From assembly GCA_002633005.1 (NCBI GenBank), contig NMRA01000510.1, positions 1 to 61,977 on the forward strand: a stretch of 61,977 nucleotides of DNA, written 5' to 3'. The translations under genes were made by a program, and so were the position numbers. Below are positions 52,201-61,977 of this stretch, one piece after another. The notes under the pieces are model-generated. The model ran no database searches. It worked only from the letters and a program-made list of their open reading frames with translations, and was not told where the DNA came from. Every line of letters begins with the position of its first letter. The first letter of the stretch is position 1. This DNA comes from Phoronis australis. Lineage: Eukaryota > Animalia > Phoronida.

Positions 52201-55200
52201 TTAACAACTGCTTTGGAATTACAAACTACAAGCTAGTAACGCCAAAGGCACAATTAAATTAAATATTTATCAAAAGATCTAAGAAGTGATGATGCTTGAT
52301 CACCGACAGTCTTTTCCATAACTTCCATGCGTAACAGTACCTAGTGTTAATGTCAATGGAAAAATACAAGACTCAAACTAATGATTTGTATTGCCATACT
52401 TCTTTTTGTAGACAAAACTTTACCTTGGATTGCTGCGCTGACGAGTGGTTGCCGTAGTAACCGTGAGCTACCATTAGACTGGGCAGAGTTATTGTTGTTG
52501 CTGTTGTTCTTAGAGGAGGCACTCCTGTACGTTAAGTTGCCACTTCTCATCGGACTAGTGACTAGAAAATATTTAGAAAACTACACCACTATGCAAAGGT
52601 GAGAACGACTAGTGACTCTGGAATGCAGTGAAGACGCTTCACTACCACACACTAGTAACAGTGATTTGTGACTCTGGGATGTATTGAAGACAATGCAGAC
52701 TTATGTGCACTGTCTAGTGACTCTAAAATACATTAAGAACTCTACACTAGTTCTGGTGACTAAACAAAAAAGGGATAAACTACTGCATAAGTCACTACTG
52801 TTTAAAGAATACTGTAAAGACAAAACACTACTAACTGTATACATTACTGAAGGCAGGGATGTTAGCAACACACACTAGGCAGTGTCCATCAATAGTGACT
52901 GGGTTACAATGTAGAGTATATAGACATTCTACTGCCACTTATGTACAACTGACAATGACTTGTGACTTCCAAAAACACCAACTTGCGAGTCAGTAGAATG
53001 GTCAGTGGCACTAACGAGAAACTTTCAAATTTGCATAAGCCAATTTTTAGATATGATTAAAGATTTGGTTATATTTGAAGCTGTTTACCTAATTAAACGT
53101 GGGTGAGAAATGTGTGATAAAACACATAACACAATTTTGATAACTAGGTTTTTTAATTTAGGTCGCCAAGCAGCTGGTTGCTTCTTTTGTGTTAAATGTC
53201 TACACAGGATCAATTCTGAAGGCTAATTTGTGAATGCCCAGCAACCGATATCCATGCAAAGATTTTACAAAACACCAGCTGTAACCAGCTCCTCCAATCG
53301 TTCACATGAGCAGCTGCTGCAGCACTGGCATGTGAACGCTGTACAGTCGAGCCTCATATATCAATTCTGGTTCACAACATTCACTCACATAATGTTTTAT
53401 TACTGTACAGTGTAGAAAATAAGACGGTTAAAGCAAACTTCAGTTTAAACATTTGTAAAGGTCCTGGAAGAGCAAACAGTAATGCAGATGGAGTGCATTA
53501 GCGTGTGCGTTATATCATTTCTATTTCAACCTACACGCAAGTGACTCCGTGCCTAAAATCTAGCAAAGTCCTCTGCCACATGTTTAACTACCTTCATCTA
53601 TTTTAAATATGAGAGACTTTCTGCCTGTTGAGATCTGTGTGTCTGTCTGTTCAAACTCCTGCCTCATCCACTTGTAGGGACTCATTTTTGATTGGCTGGG
53701 TAGCAATTTTTTTGGTGAAACGTATAACCTGAAACATGAAACAAATGGAAAGAATGACTCATCTGGCTTACTGCTCAGTTAAGACAGCACGCGTACAGAG
53801 ATGTAGATGATGGACAATTTGCCTAAGGTCTTGGATCATAAACTTTGGGAAAATCGGGTAACAGATCTCACTCTGGACCTTGGAGAAACTTCCATTGTCA
53901 AAAATTAAGAAGTTTCGATCATAATTTTTCTACCAAACTGAATTCAAATTAGTCATTTAAAAATTCAAGTTAAATCAAAATTAAACAAATAATTCTGTAG
54001 TTTATCAAATGAGTGACAACTCATTGTCAAAAATTAAAAATTAACTACTAAAACATGTACTCAGTAAGAAGAATTCAGTTGAGCCCCGCCCCCACCATGG
54101 CGTCCTCAAGCCCAAATGTGTGATTTCATTGAAAATTGTTTGATTAGTTGATTAGTTGACAACGGTCACAACCTTTAAATAATTATGCTTCCCTTCATCT
54201 TATCTTAACTCCTGAGATGATCAGGTTGACAAGTAATATAGTTTTCTATGTTTCATTGCCATGGCAATGAAGAGCAGACAGATTACAAATCAAATGTTTG
54301 GAATTGATTACGCAAACAGAAACAAATAATTTAACAATTTAGGCCTCATCAAAGTTCAAACCTCTTCAAATTCCTTGTAACTGGCATGAAGCGATAACAA
54401 ACTATGCAACATTTCTTGTATCTAAGAACTGCAGTAAAGTAATCAAACACATGTCAAAAGCTGGCCATGCTATCACTAATGAATATTACAGCAATCCTGT
54501 TTTAACCAACCTCAGTAACCTGACTTACCAATGCTTAAAAACTACCATATTCGACTGGGTTAAGGCCCAGGTTCGCACCTTACTCCCCAATTTTCGTACT
54601 TTTCACTTTTCAACACCCATGATCAGCTAAATGCCCACCCACAATTTATACCATGGCAACAGTGCCTCTGTAATTATACCATGGCAACAATGCCTCTGTA
54701 AATGTCCGTCTCACTAAAAATTTAGCTGCCTTAGTTTAAAGCAATGAACGCCAGATTCAGCAATAGCGGATTTGCAGCCCAAACGAACTACGCATTGCGC
54801 ATGTGCGAGTTACTTCCTGCACGAAGGCTCATGGGATAGCTTGTGGTCAGGCATGTTTTGAGCAGGCTGTATAGTGTGTGCATTTGGAGTGATTTGGAAA
54901 CTAAAAACCATGTTTCATTTTTTTGCTTTATAATGCCAAGCAAGTCCTCTCTCTTGTGTGTAAACACAGCGTAGCTATGATCAGTGACCGTGTGACCGAG
55001 GGCACGACTGTCGTCATGTTCAGTATTGGGGCTATCGGCGTTGATTTCGAAATCTCCTCCGGTTTCAGACAAGTTGAGAGTTCTTGGGTTGCTTAACTTT
55101 TGTAGCTTTCGCCGTGGATATGCTAGAGACGTTAATTTTGAGAGGAAACTCCGTCGGAATGTTGTTCTCATACGTCTTTTTTCCACCAGGAAAATGTTCG

Positions 55201-58200
55201 CTGCACACAAGATGGCCCCTAGGCAATTACATCGCACTGGATGCCGCAGGCATTCAGGGGTGATTGTACATCCTCACAAAAAGTTACTCATTTCAAAATA
55301 CAGCAAATAAAATCAAATGAACCATGCATATAGGAACACGGAGTTAAAATTAACACATACCACGAATCTGGATACAATTTAGTCAGCAAAACTTGAACAA
55401 ATCAACGAAAATCTGTCGCGGTTTGCTCGAGTTTCTCTCAGTTACAGGGTGCCATTTTGAGGAAGTTACGTGAAATTACGCATGTTGACGAATAAAAAGT
55501 CCAAGGGACACACATCTTACAAGTTTCACCCGATACCTTTTCATGCTGAGTGTCGCGCGCTAGCGTCACACGCTTCGCTCAGTCTCGCGCTAACCTTTGC
55601 CTAACTCACGCGATTCAGTTGACATGCTTTGTGGTTATCGCGCACGCGGTGATAAAATTAACGGCAACCAAAAAAGTCGAGTTGTAATTCTTCGCCAAAG
55701 TCAACTTAATTCTCACAACTAAGCTTCATCAAAGATATGTATAGAAGTAGAAAGGACCAATGATGAAAGTAAGCGTTTTTTTAAATGATAGTTTTAAGTG
55801 TAGAATGTATTTTTGACGAGATGAAAACTCGAAATCGGTAACCCAAATCCGGTCACGGCCCGTTTAAAATACACTGAAGTAACGAAATGAGTACAGAAAG
55901 CAAATGGAAGTATTGTAGCCCCAATATGGCCAACCGAGGGGCTACGTGTTGCCTACTAGATGGCCCCGCGTTGGTTTGAATGCGCTAAATCTCCCCTTAC
56001 TCCCAGCTCTCCTAATGTTGTTTATCCATTTTTTACGAAGTTCTTGGTTTGCAGGGAACACATAAAAACTCAGATTTTTGTCTCTTTTGTTGTTTTTGAA
56101 GCAGCCAGGAGCACAATCAAGTGTATCCGCCGTAAGTTTTCTTCGCACTCATACTGCGTATTATGCATGTTACTATGGCCGCTTTCGGAATCCTGACCAC
56201 AGCACCCACAATGCACCATTTTAACCTAATTTCAATATGGCGTCGCTGCAAATCNTGTTGATGTCAGTTATAGGGAAGTGGACACATGGAAAACACTCAT
56301 TTACTCACATCATCAACCAGGAAAGGTTTTGGAATCTGGGAGGAGACCTCAATCTTCACTACCACATGTAATATTTAATACAGTGCATGATTGTGAAAGC
56401 TACATGTATGGAAGCTGAAAGTTTAGGGCTTGGGAACATTTTACAGTTCTTTGTTGTTGGAGAGCCTACTCAGGACATAGAAAGAAAAGCTGGAGGCAAG
56501 ACAAGTTTACAGTTTATTGAGCATGGTCCCCTACTCCAAAATCTCTCTTATACAGAATAAAGAACAAGTTGGTATCACTTTTGTCTAAATAATGGGTCTA
56601 AATATTTTTTTGACTGGAGGTGGTTTATAACAGCTCTCTGAACGGCTACAGACTGCTACACTGCCTGCAGAAGTAGATAAACATGTTTTCATAAGAGATC
56701 AATTGATTTGATGCAGAGTCGTATGCCAGTCAGCAAACCAATCTTAAGATTCGTAACATAATGATTAAAAGCAGATACAAGTGCAAATCCATCATTAACA
56801 AGAGCAACTCAGAGTGTTCATATGTGCCCTGGCCTATCCTATACAACGCAAACAGCAAAGACATAGGGGGTGCTCATTTTTCAAAGTCCGTCATACTTAA
56901 TGCAGCAAAACTAGTGAACTTAAAATTGTATCTACCAGGTGCAGTGCTAGCCATCCATAAATAGTACGTAGCAAAGGCAACAACCCTCTCTTGTAGGAAT
57001 TTTGAGCATAACTACTAGTACTGTTAGAAAATGTTGACAGATAACTAGACTCACGCCAGACTTTTAGAGGTATTAGCAAAAATGGTTAAAGCACCTAAAA
57101 ACGTTTAGCCATTTTCAAAAATCGTAAGTCAAATACTTTCTCTTTTCCAAAGCCATGCAAATGATAAAAAATACAGTTACACGGACCAAACTTTTTATTT
57201 TTATTTTTCATGTTATGCACAGGTCCTTTTCATAATTGTACTATAAGAAAGGACGTTTGCCTTAACAAAAAAACAAAAAGTCAACATTCCAAGGTCATAG
57301 CAACCTAATAAATTGGAGGGGATGTCAGCTAACATGGGTTTCATTATGGCCTAAAAAGCTTGGGCAGAGGTTCCCCCAATACCCGAGTTACTGGATGTGT
57401 ACGCCAGCCACATGGGCATTTAAATGATGTTGACCTTAAAAAAATAGGGCAGAGGTTCCCCCCCCCCACAACCCTGGGTTATGGTGGGGGTATGCCGGTC
57501 ACATGGACATTTTGATGACCAAGACATTTTAGTCCAAAATGAGAGTAGTGAATACAAAAATGATTAAATAACAAACTGACATTTACTTAATTTCTTTCGG
57601 CCACTGCCGAAATGCAAACGTGTCCCAGCCTCTCACTAATTTTTCAAGGTCCACAGTCCCTTAATTTTGGGGACGAATATCGACCCCATTCCCCTCTGAA
57701 AAATATTGAAAAATCACGTGAAATTACCCTCATGAGGCCCAAAAATTCCGCTGAAGTGATTCAAAAATTCCCCTCGAGGTTCGGATAATTTGAAACTCAC
57801 ACAGGTCACAATTTGAAAGAGTGCAAAATGTTACTTTTGGCGACTTGAGGCACAGCCTATGAGGTCTTGCAACAGGATGGGAGCTATTGATGGTGATTGA
57901 GGTAGAATTTTCCTCTCACCCCCAAAAATTACCCTCTCTGAAGGCACAGGCACCTTTCCTCTCAGATAATTGAAGGTCCTGTTTTTACTGTACACTTGCG
58001 ATATTTAGCAAGCTGACTAGGTATGACATGTGACATGTGACATATTTTATTTAAAAATAGGTAACAAACTCATTCTTCCTGACGTCTTCTGCGCCTTTTA
58101 CTCCTTGAAAAGAAAAACTGCCTGTGTCAAGTCCAAACAATATTTGAAACGACTGAAAATTGGTAAAGTTGGTAATGAATTAGGAGAGATTCATGTAATA

Positions 58201-61200
58201 TGAAAATAGTAAATTTAAACCTTGAGTTCATATTGCATGTTTCCGATAGCTCAACTCAATTCAGTTTTATCCCCTGGGTAATTTAATATCGCCGGACCGG
58301 CTCACACCACGTCGTGAGTGTAAAAAGTTATTGAGAGACTGCGTCGCGATAGCTGCCAAAATAGTCTTCTATTCATCGTTTTGACATTGTCACTTGCAGA
58401 TGACAAGCGGCAGCACCTACATGTGAACTTGTTATGAAGCGAGAAATTGCCATTACCAAGAATGCTGACAGTTGAACATTTCATTGCGGTAAAAGAGTGA
58501 TTTCGGGAGGGGGGGAGGGGCGACGGACACGAAATGGAACATTCGCTTGCTATTTTTAGGACTCTGAGTCGAAGTGCTGTAACAATGTCGTTGGTGGCAC
58601 GGCTTGATTCGAGCTGACTGTGAGTTGACACGTGAAAAGGTTTTTCGAAATTAATTTTTATTCTCAAGTTGCGAAAACATTCCCCAAATTGGGGAATGGA
58701 CTTGGCTGCACCATCACTCAGAATTCGCCAATGGTGAGCTGGCGAGCCACTAGCACGAGCCTAGGATAATCCGGGACCTCAATCCCTCGATAGGGGGGCA
58801 AAATATCGGCCCCATTTCCCTCTCAAAAATATTCAAAAATCATGGGAAATTCCCTTATCAAGTGAGAAAAATCCCTTCTAAACAATCAAAAATTTTCCTC
58901 ACGGTATATAGATATACCACTGTCATAAAAAAGAATGCAACAAATACATATTACAAAAATTACCCCCTTAGTAAAAATGGTGCGAAAATTCCTCTCCTAG
59001 TAAAAACAGCAGCAACAATTCCCCTCTAAGAAGGTACAGGCACCTTTCCTCTCAGGTGAGTGAAGGCCTTGGATAATCGAGGTCCAACAAAAATCTAAAT
59101 ACTTTCTGCTTATTTTAATATGACTTGTGATAGTTACTGTGTTTAATAATCTGTGCTTAAACTGTTAAAACTGACAGTGAATTAAACCTAACAATTACAA
59201 AACCTCAACTGCTCCAGCTAACATCAGTTCAAACAACAAACACATCCTGTGTTTCAAAGTTTGTTTAAAGAGAGCACCATGTCTGAATCAAATATAATGA
59301 GCCTAACCCTAGGTATGTCGCAGAGGAGAGGAAGCAGAGTGGCCCAGGTGATCAGTGCAAACAATAGGAGCCTATCCCAGGTGTGTCGTGAAGGAGAGCA
59401 GGCAGTGTGGCCCAGGTGATCAGTGCAAATATTAGGAGCCTATCCCTAGGTATGTTGTGGAGGAGAGAAGGCAGTGTAGCCCAGGTGATCAGTGTAATGG
59501 GCCCACTTGAGCGGCCCATACGCGTACCCAGGGGGGCTCAAATGAGCCCCCCTATTTGGCAAAGTGGGCAAAAAGGTCTGCCTCAGAGAAACAAAAACTC
59601 CCCAAAAAGTAGAAAAACGAGACAAAAGTTCACCAAAAAGGCAGGAATTACCTAAATTCGGTGAATGCACAATTCATAGCAGTGAATGTACCCAGTTTTT
59701 TTCTTTTTTAGTAAAAGGTACACGTTCTCAAAAATTCGAGTCTTCTATTTTTAGGCTGGTGCACACATGCGGCCTGTGAACGTCTCATACAACGTGTACC
59801 AGACTACGTGTAATTATTTCATTTAGGCATGTCACACTGAAATGATTGCTTGTTAGTTATATCAGTATTGGAGTGATTGCCATTCCTCATTCAAAAAGTT
59901 TTGGTTGTAATTCGACCTGAGATGAGGTTAGGTTCATGTTTAGTTTGGTATAACTTTCAAGCTACACTCTTCTGGTAAAAGTTGAATATACGGCTCCCTC
60001 TTCAAAATGGCTAGCCAGAAACAGTTTTCAATGAACTGTAATTGCCTTTATTCGGTAAAAACTGGTTCTCGGCAACCATTTTGAAGAGAGACCTGGAACC
60101 CATCTATCGGAATTTTACCCACTCTTCCAAGAATGACCAGTGTTTAGACAGTACAACCGTCTCTACATAGCAGTTGAGACCGTGAACGGCTCCCATAGGG
60201 CCTTCATATGCCTGAAGTCTTTCTACGAATTATTCCTCACACTGATTAAACCATGAAAGTCACATTGCTATAAGTACCTTTAGTGCATAGAGGGACACCT
60301 GGAGGCTATCAATGTCTTAAATGTACTGTCTCACTACATTAATTCCTTCAAGCTCAAACAAATACTCCCATAATCAAACTTTTTTTTGAGCAGTCTTTCG
60401 TTTAGTTGCCCATATCAGCAACTGGCCATTTTTACAATGCCCACTCCAGGAAATATGATGCCATATCCCATGGAGCGTGCAGTGTAAAAATGTCCAGTTG
60501 TCTATTTGAGTAATTGAACGAAGGGCTGTTCAATACAAGCCAAAAAGGGGGTATTATGTCAAATTGGAAGGAATAAGATATCGAAGGCCTTCTAAGGTAA
60601 CCCTCTATGTGCAAAAGCTATTTATAACAATGTAATTTGATGGTTTAATCAGTGTGTGGCATAAAATTCAGAAAAGCTTCCAGCGTATGAAAGACCAATG
60701 GCTATGGGAGCATCGCAGTCTCTACTGCTCATGGACAGTGGTACTGACTGTCTACTGGTGTCTAGACCAAAATGAGATTGTTGTTACATAAGGGATTTTT
60801 GAAAATGCAATTACAAGTTATTAATTATTATGTTAAAACTATTTGGACGAATGTTTGACTTACAGATAAATCAGACTGCTAAATTGCAGGATTACCAAAA
60901 AAACAATCTTAATTCTTGAGCTAAATGCCAAACCCACCACGAATCCTCTTTTTCATCCAATTCGTTGTAAACGTCTACTAAGTCCATATTGTCAACCAGC
61001 ATTTTTTCCGGAGAACTGTCACTAGTATTTTCAGGAGGCAACATTGGATGCATCGTCTCTTTTAGCTCAATCCTAGGGCTAGAAGAAGGAGTCCTATTTT
61101 CGTTGTCGCCTTTCGGCTTTGAATTTTCCGACGACAGGGAAGACATCGTTTTGTTGTGACGGCTACGTAAAGCTTCATTCTGACGCTCTAGTTTCTTCAC

Positions 61201-61272
61201 AAGATTTTGTAATTTTTTCACCTCTTGCTGCGGATCAGCAGCTGTATCTAACCCTCCAATCACAGAACTCAT
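43195..61272 (-). CDS. SLAIN: SLAIN motif-containing protein (SLAIN1/SLAIN2 co-orthologue), 483 aa; join of complement(60938-61272, 53592-53728, 52424-52561, 49705-49899, 48800-48847, 47404-47532, 45860-45997, 44440-44698, 43195-43267)
   Basis: Nine phase-consistent GT-AG exons totalling 1452 nt. Hallmarks: N-terminal coiled coil EVKKLQNLVKKLERQNEALRSR, EDSWLYVSPKK...SPYKWMRQ...KSLIFKID, DIQALARAQEESLRQSY, three SxIP motifs (SSIP, SGIP, SGIP) and C-terminal DDSWKEGCY*. Confidence 0.93.
43518..44043. mobile_element. Kolobok-like TTAA element, family C
   Basis: TTAA|GGCTATGTA ... TACATAACC|TTAA; homologous to 28453-28951. Confidence 0.8.
44440..44698 (-). CDS. SLAIN: SLAIN exon 8
   Basis: ttgtag|AGCCTG...GGAG|gtatgt; S/P/R-rich with SSIP and SGIP. 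Confidence 0.88.
45860..45997 (-). CDS. SLAIN: SLAIN exon 7
   Basis: gtacag|ACTCG...CAGAG|gtagac; 138 nt, phase 1-1; Ser-rich. Confidence 0.8.
47404..47532 (-). CDS. SLAIN: SLAIN exon 6
   Basis: ctgtag|GTTTACGG...CGATG|gtaagt; 129 nt, phase 1-1. Confidence 0.82.
47850..48410. mobile_element. Possible hAT-type non-autonomous element
   Basis: Clusters of GGCGAC/GTCGCCA subterminal-type motifs at both ends; TIR and TSD not resolved. Confidence 0.35.
48418..48786. repeat. Degenerate ~72-bp minisatellite with a longer-period duplication
   Basis: Recurring GTGG(T/C)TCACA..GC...CAT(T/G)ATGT..CT(G/A)ACACA and GCACAAGCC; the block ending CTATCTACAAGTAATGCA occurs twice. Confidence 0.8.
48800..48847 (-). 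CDS. SLAIN: SLAIN exon 5
   Basis: ttctag|GCTTACG...GGTA|gtgagt; 48 nt; SLRQSYSPVASPRRSG completes the EESLRQ motif. Confidence 0.88.
49705..49899 (-). CDS. SLAIN: SLAIN exon 4
   Basis: atccag|GAGCATAC...GGAGA|gtaagt; 195 nt; IDTGTFTRP...DIQALARAQEE. Confidence 0.9.
52424..52561 (-). CDS. SLAIN: SLAIN exon 3
   Basis: ttctag|TCACT...CCAAG|gtaaag; 138 nt, phase 1-1; Ser/Asn-rich. Confidence 0.8.
52565..52970. repeat. Highly degenerate intronic tandem repeat
   Basis: Recurring CTAGTGACTCT / TGAAGAC / TTGTGACT motifs. Confidence 0.5.
53592..53728 (-). CDS. SLAIN: SLAIN exon 2
   Basis: tttcag|GTTATAC...GAAG|gtagtt; WLYVSPKKLLPSQSKMSPYKWMRQ...KSLIFKIDE. Confidence 0.92.
54900..56152 (-). pseudogene. 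THAP-domain pseudogene split by a nested insertion
   Basis: MSAKKTYGGYT/C-APGCFKNNKRDKNLSFYVFPANQELRKKWINNIRR...FKPTRGHLV (55956-56152) continues as CSEHFPGGKKTYENNIPTEFP (below 55220); after a frameshift comes a DHSY motif. Confidence 0.85.
55220..55955. mobile_element. 736-bp nested insertion with a 7-bp TIR and ~12-bp TSD
   Basis: TAGGCAA...TTGCCTA flanked by CAAGATGGCCCC (55208-55219) and CTAGATGGCCCC (55956-55967). Confidence 0.75.
57645..57982. mobile_element. MITE family D, copy 1
   Basis: Shares AATATCG.CCCCATT.CCCTCT..AAAATATT.AAAAATCA and GAAGG.ACAGGCACCTTTCCTCTCAG..A.TGAAGG.C.TG with 58772-59071. Confidence 0.6.
58772..59071. mobile_element. MITE family D, copy 2
   Basis: Homologous to 57645-57982; flanked by the direct repeat (G)GATAATC (7-8-bp TSD). 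Confidence 0.7.
59298..59815 (+). mobile_element. Rearranged SINE copy with three ~68-bp tandem units, interrupted by MITE A
   Basis: Units GAGCCTA.CCC.AGGT.TGT.G...GCAG.GT.GCCCAGGTGATCAGTG; the body ...GGGCCCAC..GCGGCC|..ACGTCT..TACAACGTGTA.CAGAC matches the SINE at 21548-21790. Confidence 0.75.
59517..59769 (+). mobile_element. MITE family A, copy 3
   Basis: CATACGCGTACCCAG ... CTGGTGCACACATG; TSD CGGCC at 59512-59516 and 59770-59774. Confidence 0.88.
59998..60088. repeat. ~90-bp imperfect hairpin (small MITE-like foldback)
   Basis: CTCTTCAAAATGG.T.GCC.AGAA.CAGTTTT versus AAAACTGGTTCTCGGCAACCATTTTGAAGAG. Confidence 0.7.
60938..61272 (-). CDS. SLAIN: SLAIN exon 1
   Basis: ATG at 61272 (MSSVIGG...); coiled coil; ends TCGTG|gtgggt, phase 2. 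Confidence 0.9.
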
Positions 61273-61339
61273 GCTGACTTTATATGATACAGAAAACCTT
61301 TGAAACTTATTGACCGTCGGCAAACTCAAGATTCATCTT

Positions 61340-61420
61340 CTCCATTTTTGCTCACGCATGCGCATTTGTACGTCAACAGAGGAACTCGGTAAGTTCCGGT
61401 CATTTACGGAAGTGTTCGGA
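61340..61420 (-). promoter_or_regulatory. Putative housekeeping-type promoter of SLAIN
   Basis: NRF1-like CGCATGCGCA (61355-61364), half-CRE ACGTCA, and ETS-like TTCCGG and CGGAAGTG, all within 150 bp upstream of the ATG. Confidence 0.5.
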
Positions 61421-61977
61421 GTTCCAAAAGCCCGTCACTCACTCGCGGTAAAGTAGTTTACTCCATGGGGTGCAGGAATCACGGTGTTCCTCCAGTTGCA
61501 CGATCCATGTACAATACTGATTTGTTGAATGATGTTTGTCCACTGTGCGATTGGCACGAAGTCGGGATTTGCACTGGCAAGATAATTTTTGACAAACCCT
61601 TAGCCGATATTTCTTCGACCATTTCGGAAATATTAAATAGTTCGTTTGTTGGTTTTCTAAGTAAAATTGGCAAATTCAATGAATATTCTATGCCTAACTT
61701 AAAGCACTTTACCAATACTGACACTGAGAAAAAGAGTTGCGTTTACAAGTGTCACTGGTCGATTAGTAGATTTTTACTTTAAAAGTGCAAACATCACTAT
61801 AAAGTTAATTACTTTTTATTATATAAGCTTTATGTGTTATGTTACTTTTATTAAGTCACTGCATGCCACGTGATACTATATATAAGGTAGCTATTTCTTG
61901 GTCTTGAGCATCTATGATTATATTAGTAGTTATGAAAGTTTTATATTTTGTAGTATTTGTATAAATCTCATGATCGA

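Larger units (their letters stand above)
54765..56254 (-). mobile_element. Deleted THAP-encoding DNA transposon (ISL2EU/Harbinger-like)
   Basis: AT|AGCGGATTTGCAGC at the left end and inverted GCTGCAAATC at the right end, cut by the N at 56255; contains a THAP pseudogene. Confidence 0.6.

Noticed and set aside
58302-58764. 121-aa ORF as a hAT zinc-finger relic
   Set aside because: A hAT-like end is suggested near 58764, but the translation lacks a complete motif and no matching opposite end was found.
61273-61329. N-terminal extension of SLAIN from the TTG start in the ORF track
   Set aside because: Non-ATG start; the ATG at 61272 lies just ahead of the conserved coiled coil.
61465-61782. 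Divergent gene opposite the SLAIN promoter
   Set aside because: Neither overlapping ORF has a recognisable domain or clear splice structure.

Overview
Eukaryotic (animal) genomic DNA: AT-rich, intron-rich and crowded with transposon relics. Gene content and repeat types suggest a marine invertebrate, possibly an invertebrate deuterostome; this is inference only. Almost all entries in the supplied ORF track are spurious, and the real genes are spliced. I reconstructed four genes by reading GT-AG junctions and checking codon phase. (1) SPRYD7 on the minus strand, four coding exons at 5250-8303; exon 1 was not found and may lie in the 856-N gap at 11372-12227. (2) An uncharacterised single-pass membrane protein gene on the minus strand, at least two exons at 20159-20992. 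(3) A complete 5-exon PGAP2/FRAG1-family gene on the plus strand, 26439-32899, 274 aa. (4) A complete 9-exon SLAIN-family microtubule plus-end tracking gene on the minus strand, 43195-61272, 483 aa. Introns and spacers hold many non-autonomous DNA transposons (a CA..TG MITE family with 5-bp TSDs, Kolobok-like TTAA elements, a PIF/Harbinger MITE, a Tc1/mariner-type element with a HIRAN-like cargo, two THAP-domain relics), LINE fragments, tRNA-derived SINEs, Helentron-like elements and minisatellites. A Penelope-type inverted repeat carries two minimal hammerhead ribozyme motifs. Three single-N joins flank duplications that look like assembly artefacts. I saw no rRNA, intact tRNA or CRISPR array.
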